A stretch of DNA of 64,000 nt from an uncultured Candidatus Saccharibacteria bacterium. Lineage in GTDB: Bacteria; Patescibacteriota; Minisyncoccia; Phycocordibacterales; JAACPR01. A model generated the notes under the pieces. That model made no database searches and was not told the origin of the DNA. It saw nothing but the letters and a program-made list of their open reading frames with translations. The stretch lies in assembly GCA_964402215.1 (NCBI GenBank), contig CAYOAT010000001.1, forward strand, positions 134,703 to 198,702. The letters are read 5' to 3'. Shown piece by piece: positions 40,295-48,408 of this stretch. A program made the translations under genes and the position numbers. Position 1 is the first letter of the stretch, and every line of letters begins with the position of its first letter.

Positions 40295-40323
40295 TGTGGA
40301 TAACTATGGGGATATGTGTATAA
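40295..40323 (-). promoter_or_regulatory. DnaA-box cluster
   Basis: TGTGGATAA 40295-40303 and TGTGTATAA 40315-40323 (both perfect TTWTNCACA on the minus strand). Confidence 0.55.
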
Positions 40324-40385
40324 AAGACATGTCTTTTTGACTTATATAGTATTGACAACGGCTCTAAATATGATTATTTTATGTA

Positions 40386-40679
40386 TGTTTCACGTAAAAC
40401 GTTTCACGTGAAACACTATTTATCTATTCTTCGGACTGATTTTATTTTCTTGTGTTAACATACCAAGATACCAAGTAAAATAAGGATAAAAGGGGATTTT
40501 GGCGAGCAAATTGCCTGTATGTTTCTCGTGAAACATGGTTTTTGTGTTAAGAAAAGAAATTATTTAAGAAGGGTTGGAGAAATAGATGTAATTGCGCAAA
40601 AAAATGAAAAGCTATACTTTATTGAGGTAAAAACGTTTTTTATTGAATCGGTTTCATGTGAAACGTTTCGCGTGAAACA
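40386..40679. repeat. parS: Cluster of five parS-like palindromes
   Basis: TGTTTCACGTAAAACG 40386, CGTTTCACGTGAAACA 40400, TGTTTCTCGTGAAACA 40520, GGTTTCATGTGAAACG 40650, CGTTTCGCGTGAAACA 40664. Confidence 0.85.
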
Positions 40680-40869
40680 AAATATATATTTACCAGAAGA
40701 AAATGTTTGTGAAAGTAAGATTAGAAAAATGATTGTAACTGCAGAATTGTTTTTGTTGGAAAATAATTTAAAGGACAGGGAAGTAGAGTTTGGCGTAATT
40801 TCAGTTGTTATTGGTAAAAGTAAAAAAATATTGAGAATTAGATATATTGGAAATGTAAACATTAATTAA
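40468..40869 (+). CDS. yraN: YraN family nuclease (UPF0102)
   Basis: KGDFGEQIACMFLVKHGF..KRNY...GEIDVIA...FIEVK; the conserved N-terminal motif lies upstream of the first ATG (40519), so the start is uncertain. Confidence 0.85.
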   Translation: MPSKIRIKGDFGEQIACMFLVKHGFCVKKRNYLRRVGEIDVIAQKNEKLYFIEVKTFFIESVSCETFRVKQNIYLPEENVCESKIRKMIVTAELFLLENNLKDREVEFGVISVVIGKSKKILRIRYIGNVNIN

Positions 40870-40876
40870 TTTAATT

Positions 40877-40905
40877 AAAAAACACCACGTACTTTTACGT
40901 GGTGT
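40877..40905 (-). terminator. Intrinsic terminator
   Basis: ACACCACGTA-CTTT-TACGTGGTGT with a T run on the minus strand. Confidence 0.75.
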
Positions 40906-40919
40906 CGGAATCTGCGGCT

Positions 40920-41429
40920 CTAGATAAGAGTCATTCCGAAAAACTTGTGAAAACCAAGAATTGTGCTGTCACAACCTTTTAGAATTTTCTCCTCCCCAGA
41001 GAAAAGAAGAAAGTTGTTACATGCGGGATTGTTGGTGTTTAAATACACAAGACTGACACCGTCAATGTCTCCCGCATAGACAATTGGTCCGCGACCGCAA
41101 TTAAAGTTTTCATCTTTATATGCTTCAGCCAATGCTTTTTTCAAAAATGGGATTACGGCTTCTGGATAACATCCGCCGTAACTCATTCCCCATACGGCAT
41201 TGCCCTTGAAAAAAATGGTTGTGTTACCCATACTCCAGTCAGAATTTGGGAAAACCCGCCATTCATCGACCACTTTAAAGAAACCCTCTTCCCATGTGTG
41301 GATGCGCCTGCCGTCAGGAAATTTCTCTTTTTTGACACCGCTGCCATCGCCTGCATAGCCCGCAAGAAGTGCCTTAAAAAAGACTTTGAGAGCCTCAGCT
41401 AGAATCATCGACCTCGACCATGAATCCAT
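40920..41429 (-). CDS. Hypothetical protein, DUF5680-like
   Basis: GYAGDG, VWGMSYGG, FLKKAL, GRGP, FSGEEKI; own promoter TTGACA-17-TAATGT and SD AAGGA. Confidence 0.65.
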   Translation of the reverse strand: MDSWSRSMILAEALKVFFKALLAGYAGDGSGVKKEKFPDGRRIHTWEEGFFKVVDEWRVFPNSDWSMGNTTIFFKGNAVWGMSYGGCYPEAVIPFLKKALAEAYKDENFNCGRGPIVYAGDIDGVSLVYLNTNNPACNNFLLFSGEEKILKGCDSTILGFHKFFGMTLI

Positions 41430-41529
41430 AATTTTCCTTGGTTTGTTTTGTTTTCTATATCAAAAATCGCTCTGCCGGAACATTACAATTAAAAAAAATC
41501 AATGTCAATTTTTACCTAAACAATTTTTG

Positions 41530-41602
41530 TCGGAGCGCAGGGATTCGAACCCTGAGTCATCTGCTCCCAAAGCAGACATGTTAGCCGTTACACCACGCTC
41601 CG
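41530..41602 (-). tRNA. tRNA-Pro(UGG)
   Basis: Reverse complement CGGAGCG...TCTGC-TTTGGGA-GCAGA...GTTCGAATCC...CGCTCCGA; no CCA. Confidence 0.95.
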
Positions 41603-41665
41603 TTTATGCTTCAAAATAGTACACGAAAAATGGAGATATATCAAATATAATGATAAATTATTATT

Positions 41666-41971
41666 ATGTTTGGAAAATTATTTCAAAAGAAAAAAGAAGA
41701 TTTCATTTGTGAAAAATGTGGTTTTGTTAATGTTGGGGATGGATATACTAATCATTGCCAAAAATGTCTTTGGTCAAAACATGTTGATATTAATCCAGGT
41801 GATCGTGCAGAAAAGTGTCAGGGGCTAATGGAACCAATTAATCTGGTAAATAATAGCGATGTTTTTTTTATCACGCATAAATGTACGAAATGTTCTAAGG
41901 AAAAAAGAAACAAAGCTCAGAAAGGAGACGACTTCAACCAATTAGTAAAAATTAGTTGTAAAGGAAAATAA
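41666..41971 (+). CDS. RNHCP domain Zn-ribbon protein
   Basis: FICEKCG, YTNHCQKCLWSKHVD..PGDRA..CQGLMEP, HKCTKC. Confidence 0.88.
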   Translation: MFGKLFQKKKEDFICEKCGFVNVGDGYTNHCQKCLWSKHVDINPGDRAEKCQGLMEPINLVNNSDVFFITHKCTKCSKEKRNKAQKGDDFNQLVKISCKGK

Positions 41972-41973
41972 TT

Positions 41974-43179
41974 TTAAATTTCCTTTAATAGTAATTTGGC
42001 GAGTCGTTCGATATATTCGTTTTTAAATTCTACAACTCTTGATGCTATATCTCCTTTGATAAAATAATTTAAACTTTTTCCAGTTTCTTTTTCTATATCT
42101 CTACTTATATATGAAGTAGTGATCCCATTAATTTTTGCTTTTCCGTTTGATCCATCAGTTGTCGCAATTATTCCAACAAGGTCAAGAGAATTTTCGCTTT
42201 CACCATAAAATATTCCACCACCAGAAGCGCCTTGCGCACCAACATTTGATTTTGAAGTTGTAATAACATCAGTTTTGTTTCCGCCGAATGTGAATATTTC
42301 TAGTACTGAAACTGCCGCAGCTTGTAATTTTCCTGCGTGACTAATGTCCAAGAGACTCGCAGGTCCACCTGGGAAGCCCGAAACAACCACGCTGTCGTTG
42401 ATTTTGATTTCTTTATCGTATATGCCCGCACTTGGAAATATTTGCGGAATACCTAGGGCCGGGTTCGTATTTTTAGTTATCAATATAAGAGCATAATCGT
42501 CTTCTCCAGTACCACGAGCACCTTCCGCCCCAATTGACTTGTAATTATTTTGAATCCATTCCGGAGACGAATAAACCATCTCACCTTTATATCCATAAGT
42601 TGAAATATTTTCTTTATAAATTGAACAGTTAATTAAATCTGGATCGTAACTTTCTAAAATAAAAAATTGTGCAACATGCGAATTTGTTAGCACAACTCCC
42701 CGTGGAGAAATAATGACACCACTACCAGTCGAAACATTTATGTAATTTCCGTTTGTGTATGTACAAATTATATTTACAACAACATCGCGAATAGAGGCTG
42801 AAGCTGTGTTTTCTGTGGGTATAATCTCAGCAGTTGGAGGAGTTGGTTTAACAATTGGTGGAATCTGAATTGGAGTTTCTGTCGCTGGAGCAATTGTTGG
42901 TGCCGGCGTGACAACTGGCTCAGTGACTTCTTGTGGTTTTGAAATTACCGGATCTGGAATAACTCTTTCAATATTATCTGTTGGCTTGTCAGAAGTGTTT
43001 TGAATGTTTCGAAGATTTTGTCTTTCAATAATTTCGGCAACAGCTTCTTTTCGGGCCTGCTGAATTTGAATTGATTGCTGAGTAGGAATATTTATTTCTG
43101 GTGAGATTCCTAAAAATGTTAAAATAGAATAACTAAACAAAAGAGTTCTTTGAAGGATTATTCTAAGTAAAAAAGGCAT
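41974..43179 (-). CDS. Trypsin-like serine protease with Pro/Thr-rich stalk
   Basis: GSGVII..VLTNSHV, DYALI, QGASGG triad motifs; N-terminal hydrophobic anchor. Confidence 0.8.
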   Translation of the reverse strand: MPFLLRIILQRTLLFSYSILTFLGISPEINIPTQQSIQIQQARKEAVAEIIERQNLRNIQNTSDKPTDNIERVIPDPVISKPQEVTEPVVTPAPTIAPATETPIQIPPIVKPTPPTAEIIPTENTASASIRDVVVNIICTYTNGNYINVSTGSGVIISPRGVVLTNSHVAQFFILESYDPDLINCSIYKENISTYGYKGEMVYSSPEWIQNNYKSIGAEGARGTGEDDYALILITKNTNPALGIPQIFPSAGIYDKEIKINDSVVVSGFPGGPASLLDISHAGKLQAAAVSVLEIFTFGGNKTDVITTSKSNVGAQGASGGGIFYGESENSLDLVGIIATTDGSNGKAKINGITTSYISRDIEKETGKSLNYFIKGDIASRVVEFKNEYIERLAKLLLKEI

Positions 43180-43252
43180 AGGGGAATTATATCTGAAAAA
43201 CAAAATTCTTTCATTGATGTTTGGTCGTTTGTTTGGTATATTTTTATAACCT

Positions 43253-43323
43253 GCGGGTGTGGTTTAGTGGTAGAATGTCTGCCTTCCAAGCAGAAGACGG
43301 GAGTTCGATTCTCCCCACCCGCA
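43253..43323 (+). tRNA. tRNA-Gly(UCC)
   Basis: GCGGGTG/CACCCGC acceptor, TCTGC-CTTCCAA-GCAGA anticodon arm; A73, no CCA. Confidence 0.95.
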
Positions 43324-43384
43324 CATAAATAATTTACCAACAGAAAATCTGTTGGTTTTTTAATGTTTATTAAAGGATATTTGC

Positions 43385-43417
43385 AAAAGAAAACACCGCG
43401 TAAAGCTTACGCGGTGT
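43385..43417 (-). terminator. Intrinsic terminator
   Basis: ACACCGCGTAA-AGC-TTACGCGGTGT with a T run on the minus strand. Confidence 0.75.
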
Positions 43418-43439
43418 GTTTGGCAGAAAGGCTGGGGAG

Positions 43440-43805
43440 CTATTTCTCCAATATGAGCAGGGGCCGGTATCCCACCAAAGAGTTTGTCCCAATTGTTTGG
43501 ACGATCTCTTGGAGGTATTTGGGGCCGTTTTCGTCGTTGTACATGGCGATGATCATGGCCCCCGGCTGGATCAGGCGGATGTTTCCGCCGTCTTTGACCA
43601 GGAGTTCGGTAGGTTCATATCCACCGAGCTCGGCGCCTGGGACCGAAGGGTAGACCTTCTCGATAACTTCGAGCACGGTTTCGGTTTTTGTGAGGTCGGC
43701 CAGTGTCGGTTGGACATTGCGGTGGCCTAAACTAAAAGTGCCGATCGCTATTCCGAAGAATATAACCGCAATTGCCAATGCCGCACGAATTGAATTCTTC
43801 ATCAA
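43440..43805 (-). CDS. GC-rich orphan protein with N-terminal TM/signal
   Basis: 121 aa; promoter TTGACA-18-TATAAT (43890-43861), SD AAGGAG. Confidence 0.65.
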   Translation of the reverse strand: MMKNSIRAALAIAVIFFGIAIGTFSLGHRNVQPTLADLTKTETVLEVIEKVYPSVPGAELGGYEPTELLVKDGGNIRLIQPGAMIIAMYNDENGPKYLQEIVQTIGTNSLVGYRPLLILEK

Positions 43806-43968
43806 CTTCTCCTTGGTTTATTTTTTCTAAATCGTTTGAAAGATCACCTTTACACTAAGTATTATAGCATAGATTATATACACTTGTCAAGTATCATGTT
43901 TTTTATATTTATCAAAACAAAAAACCGCCCATGGCGGTATTTTTGCATAGAAGCTTCTATAAAATAGA

Positions 43969-44241
43969 TTATCTAACTAAATCCTTTAAAGCCTTTGCCG
44001 CTCTGAATTTTGGAACGCGCATTGCTGGAACAGTGATCGATTCACCAGTTCGAGGATTTCTTGCTGTACGAGCAGCTCTTTCTTTGGCGCTGAAGATACC
44101 GAATCCTGCGACTGATACTTCTTCACCTTTCTTTAGAGAACCAGAAATTGAATCAAAAATTGAATCAACAACTTGTTCTGCTTGTACCTTGGTACCACCT
44201 AGTACCTCATGAACCTTTTCTACAAGATTTGCTTTATTCAT
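43969..44241 (-). CDS. hup: HU family DNA-binding protein
   Basis: MNKANL, GFGIF...RAARTARNPRTGE...VPKF. Confidence 0.96.
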   Translation of the reverse strand: MNKANLVEKVHEVLGGTKVQAEQVVDSIFDSISGSLKKGEEVSVAGFGIFSAKERAARTARNPRTGESITVPAMRVPKFRAAKALKDLVR

Positions 44242-44391
44242 ATGAATTTTAAATCTGTTTTACCAATAAATTGTGCTTTTATTGGTTTATTAATTTATAA
44301 CAGCACGTGCTTTAACTGTTCATTAGCACGTGGATATTATATAAAACCTTATTTTAAGCCGCAACTAGGAGATACTTTATAATAAGTTTGA

Positions 44392-45921
44392 CTATCTAGC
44401 AAAATCTATGACTCTGTTTTCTCGGATTACGGTTATTTTTATTTCACCTGGATATCTAATAGCCCCCTCTATCTTTTCAGCTATATTTCTAGCCATTATT
44501 TTAGCTTCAGCATCGGAAACTCTTTCTGGTTTGACGAATACTCTGATCTCTCTACCAGCCTGTAGGGCATAAGATTTTTCAACACCATCAAATGAATCAG
44601 CAATTATTTCAAGTTCCTCAAGACGTTTTAAGTAATTTTCAGCATTATCCTTTCTTGCCCCAGGTCTACCGCCCGAAATTGAGTCGGCGACATAAACAAT
44701 TACCGCCTCTGGAGTTTCAAATGGATATTCTTCGTGATGTGACTGCATCGCCTTAATGATTTTTTCGTCAGCACCAAATTTTTGCAGAATTCTGCGACCA
44801 ATTTCAACGTGCGTACCGGCCACTTCATGATCAAGAGCTTTTCCAATGTCGTGTAGAAGGGCGCCGGCCTTGGCAACTTTAACATCGACGCCAACTTCCT
44901 CGGCGATCATGCCAGCAATATGGGCCATTTCAATAGAATGTTGTAAAACATTTTGTCCGTAACTTGTTCTGAAATGTAAACGACCAAGGATTAACAAAAT
45001 TCTCTGATCCAGACCAATAACTCCACATTCGAATGCCGCCTTTTCGCCACGCTCTTTTATTATTTTATTTATGTTCTTCTTTGCTTTCTCGATTTCTTCT
45101 TCAATTTTTGCGGGCTGAATTCTGCCATCTTCTATCAAACTCTCCAGTGCAATTTTTGCAGTTTCACGTCTGATTGGATCAAAAGTTGAAATTACGATAA
45201 CACCAGGAGTATCATCAATAATTAATTCAACGCCAGTTTTTCTTTCAAAAGTTTTGATATTTCTTCCGTCTTTACCAATAATTTTTCCTTTAACTTCGTC
45301 ATTTGGTAATGTGACAGTTGTTGTAAAAACATCACTTGAAACAGAAGTTCCAAGTCTTTCGATCGCCGAGATTAAAATATTTTGAACACGATGATCGTAA
45401 ATTTCTTTATCAGCGAGTTCAATTTTTTGAATTCTGTTTTGTAAATCCTGATCTTGACGAGCCTCAATATTTTTTAATAGTTCAACTTTTGCTTCTTCCA
45501 ATGAAAGATTGGAAATATTTTGTAATTCAGAAATTTTATCGTCAATAATTTTCTGTAATTTTTCTTTTAAAGTTTCAGATTCTTCAATTTTACTTTTTAG
45601 TTCATCTGATTCCGTTTCAAGTCCAACTTGTCTTTCATCAAGAAATGACTCTTTTGCAATTAAACGATCTTCTGTTTTTTGAATTCTTTCCTCCTCTTTT
45701 TTTATTTCTTCCTTCGCTTCTTTAATTATTTCTTCAGCTTTAACACCGGCCTCACTCGTAATTTTTTCGGCCTCTTCGCGAGCCTCAAGCAGCTTTTCTT
45801 TTATTTCAAGCTCCATTGAACCCTTTTTTCCAAGGGCCACAATAAAGCGCAAAAACCAACCAAGAGCAATACCGATAAGGCCTGCTGCCGTTGCGATCAA
45901 CAACACAATTAACAACTCCAT
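44392..45921 (-). CDS. rny: Ribonuclease Y
   Basis: N-terminal TM, coiled coil, KH (GKIIGKDGRNIK), HD (LLHDIGK), AGREIRV. Confidence 0.96.
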   Translation of the reverse strand: MELLIVLLIATAAGLIGIALGWFLRFIVALGKKGSMELEIKEKLLEAREEAEKITSEAGVKAEEIIKEAKEEIKKEEERIQKTEDRLIAKESFLDERQVGLETESDELKSKIEESETLKEKLQKIIDDKISELQNISNLSLEEAKVELLKNIEARQDQDLQNRIQKIELADKEIYDHRVQNILISAIERLGTSVSSDVFTTTVTLPNDEVKGKIIGKDGRNIKTFERKTGVELIIDDTPGVIVISTFDPIRRETAKIALESLIEDGRIQPAKIEEEIEKAKKNINKIIKERGEKAAFECGVIGLDQRILLILGRLHFRTSYGQNVLQHSIEMAHIAGMIAEEVGVDVKVAKAGALLHDIGKALDHEVAGTHVEIGRRILQKFGADEKIIKAMQSHHEEYPFETPEAVIVYVADSISGGRPGARKDNAENYLKRLEELEIIADSFDGVEKSYALQAGREIRVFVKPERVSDAEAKIMARNIAEKIEGAIRYPGEIKITVIRENRVIDFAR

Positions 45922-46086
45922 GAATTTTTATTCGCTTCTTATATCCCTAAATATTTTACTATTTTGTTTCATGCTTCGCGGACATTTTAATCGATTCTGG
46001 CGGGCGGGATTTTGAAGCGTTTTAATTTAATTACTAATAAATTCATACTATATTGTTGTTTAAGTAAAGTCAAAAAGTGTGAAAAA

Positions 46087-46196
46087 GAAAATACCTAAAC
46101 ATCTTTTATTTGATCTCGCCCTCGAATAATTTTCGTCAATTTACATTTGATCAAAATAAATCTGCGAAGGATCTCAAAAAGAGTTTAGGTATTTTC
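46087..46196. repeat. Long imperfect palindrome (110 bp)
   Basis: GAAAATACCTAAAC 46087-46100 / GTTTAGGTATTTTC 46183-46196 with nested shorter arms. Confidence 0.6.
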
Positions 46197-46207
46197 GTTA
46201 TCAGTTA

Positions 46208-46780
46208 TTATGAAATTACTTTATCAATAATTCCGTATTTTTTTGCTTCTTCAGCATTCATAAAATAATCTCGATCAACATCATGCTCAACTTGTTCAAT
46301 TGGTTTGCCAGTATTTTTTGCCATCATTGCAACCAAAGTTTTTTTCATTTCTAAAATTCTTTTTGCAGAAATTTCGATATCAGAAGCTTGACCCTGTGCA
46401 CCACCAAGAGGTTGGTGAATCATTACTTCGGCATTTGGTAATGCAAATCTCTTTCCCTTTTCTCCGGCGGATAAAATCCATGCAGCTGCACTTGCCGCCA
46501 TACCAACACAAACAGTAGAGACATTATTTTTTATATGATGCATCGTGTCCATGATTGCCATTGCATCTGTCACTGAACCACCAGGAGAATTTATATACAA
46601 CTGTACATCTTTCTTTGGATCTTCAGATTGTAAAAATAATAGTTGGGCGATAACAATGTTTGCAGCATCATCGTCAATTGGGCCGCACAGAAAAACAATT
46701 CCTTCTTTTAATAACCTTGAGTAAATATCAAAGGCTCTTTCACCAAACTGACTCTTCTCTATTACTGTTGGAATAAGCAT
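46208..46780 (-). CDS. clpP: ATP-dependent Clp protease proteolytic subunit
   Basis: [28 protein letters not shown]; probable start 46780. Confidence 0.96.
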   Translation of the reverse strand: MLIPTVIEKSQFGERAFDIYSRLLKEGIVFLCGPIDDDAANIVIAQLLFLQSEDPKKDVQLYINSPGGSVTDAMAIMDTMHHIKNNVSTVCVGMAASAAAWILSAGEKGKRFALPNAEVMIHQPLGGAQGQASDIEISAKRILEMKKTLVAMMAKNTGKPIEQVEHDVDRDYFMNAEEAKKYGIIDKVIS

Positions 46781-46930
46781 ATTTTTAATGATTATATTAA
46801 TGATAAAACGATACAAAAAATGGGGGAGGAAAGCAAATTCGAGTCAGGGATACTCCCCTCATAATCCACTGATTGTGCACAGTTTGTGCAGTTTTTCAGG
46901 TAATTTAGAATTTCTTTAGAAAAACTTTAA

Positions 46931-47986
46931 CTATAGGTTTTCCAAAAACTCAAAAACCTTTTCATTAGTCAAAACATGGCTTAAATAAACACGAGCAACG
47001 TTTTCATCAACATCTTTGTGATGTTCCACAATATGTTTCATTTCATGTTCCAAACGATCTTTATCGGCTACGATCTTCTCTTCATGAGCAATTTTAGGCA
47101 AAATTAAATTCATTTTTGCACGTTTCACGGCATCTGTGTGCCATTCTTTTTTAAGATCATCTTCCGTCTTTTTAATTTCCTTTATATAGTCATCAAATTT
47201 AATTCCGATTCGTTCAATATCGGATTTATACTGATTTATCATTCTTTGCTTTTCCTCATCAATCAAAACCTCCGGTAAATCAACTTTTGATTCATCAATT
47301 ATTTTTTCAATTATTTCCGTTCGGCGTTTATTTTTTTCTTGAACCTCTTTTTCAGTTTTCATATTTTCAGAAAGTTGTTTTTTGAAATCATCAACGTTAT
47401 TAAATTTTCCTAAAGTTTTTACGAACTCGTCATTAAGTTCTGGTAATTTTTCTTTATCGGCTTCTTCAACTTTTTCACCGGAAGTTTTTTTCTTCATGAA
47501 TTCTGCTTCAGCGCGATTTTTTCTAATGTAGTCGATATAATCATTAATTTCTTTTTCTGTAATTTCAACTTTTGAAATTGATTTTATTCCTTTTGCAATT
47601 TTTTTATAATCTGCAAGTTCAACTGTCGGCATCAATGTAAATGTTGCTTTGAATTCAAAATCATCACTTGGAGAAATTTTTGTGATTGAAATTTTTGGAC
47701 TGGTTAATGCATCAATTTTTTCTTCAAGCATTATCACTGGCAGAACTTCATGTAGGGCAGTATAAGCTTGTTCCTCAAAAATCTTTAAATCACCGACACT
47801 TTCTACAATCATTTTTTCAGGTGCCATGCCTTTTCTGAATCCTTTCAGTTCAATATCTTTACCAATTTTTTTAATTGTTTTTTCTCTAAAACTTTTTACA
47901 AAATTATTCTCTACAATTACATCTATTGTTAATTCTCGTCCGTCCTCTTTTTTATCTTTTATTTTGTAATTTTTATTATTTGTCAT
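46931..47986 (-). CDS. tig: Trigger factor (lacks the FKBP PPIase domain)
   Basis: KGFRKGMAP ribosome-binding loop, LPELNDEFVK; only 351 aa. Confidence 0.9.
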   Translation of the reverse strand: MTNNKNYKIKDKKEDGRELTIDVIVENNFVKSFREKTIKKIGKDIELKGFRKGMAPEKMIVESVGDLKIFEEQAYTALHEVLPVIMLEEKIDALTSPKISITKISPSDDFEFKATFTLMPTVELADYKKIAKGIKSISKVEITEKEINDYIDYIRKNRAEAEFMKKKTSGEKVEEADKEKLPELNDEFVKTLGKFNNVDDFKKQLSENMKTEKEVQEKNKRRTEIIEKIIDESKVDLPEVLIDEEKQRMINQYKSDIERIGIKFDDYIKEIKKTEDDLKKEWHTDAVKRAKMNLILPKIAHEEKIVADKDRLEHEMKHIVEHHKDVDENVARVYLSHVLTNEKVFEFLENL

Positions 47987-48112
47987 TTTATAATTAATTA
48001 ACTCTTATATAGTAAAGTCGAGTCTAACTTATATTTTGATTTTTGAAAAGAATGTGGAACGAAATAAAAACTCCCCAAACAGGGAAGTTTTCTGGCGGCT
48101 AAATTGGAGATA

Positions 48113-48388
48113 TTATATTTCCTTTAATGCGGCGTCTATTTCTGATTCTATATCAATTAGTTCTTTGTCTAAATTATCTACATCTGTGCCGTCTAGATCA
48201 TTTTGGATGTCAGAAATTTCTGTTGATGTGCCAAGAGTGGTCGTTGAATTATCAATTGGTTTGTTTTCTGTAATTTTATCTTTTGTGTTTTTTAAATAAT
48301 AAATTCCGCCTATTGCAATGACAAGAATTATTATTATCGAGCCTATAATAGGACCAACCCCTTTTTTGTTATTTTCTTGTGGTTCCAT
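48113..48388 (-). CDS. Small single-TM hypothetical protein
   Basis: GPIIGSIIIILVIAIGGIYY TM, acidic tail. Confidence 0.7.
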   Translation of the reverse strand: MEPQENNKKGVGPIIGSIIIILVIAIGGIYYLKNTKDKITENKPIDNSTTTLGTSTEISDIQNDLDGTDVDNLDKELIDIESEIDAALKEI

Positions 48389-48408
48389 GTTTATATTATT
48401 TCAGATTA

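Noticed and set aside
40386-40679. Repeats read as a CRISPR array
   Set aside because: 16-bp palindromes with irregular or overlapping spacing and no cas genes; they fit parS.
35502-43323. Prophage or integrative island from the tyrosine recombinase to the tRNAs
   Set aside because: The recombinase looks like housekeeping Xer, most intervening genes are core, and no duplicated tRNA 3' end (att) is visible. The similarity of the two tRNA-Gly genes is ordinary isoacceptor homology.
46821-46861. GGGGAGGAAAG...CTCCCC upstream of clpP as an RNA gene
   Set aside because: Short stem followed by a T run on the minus strand; best explained as a terminator-like element between tig and clpP.
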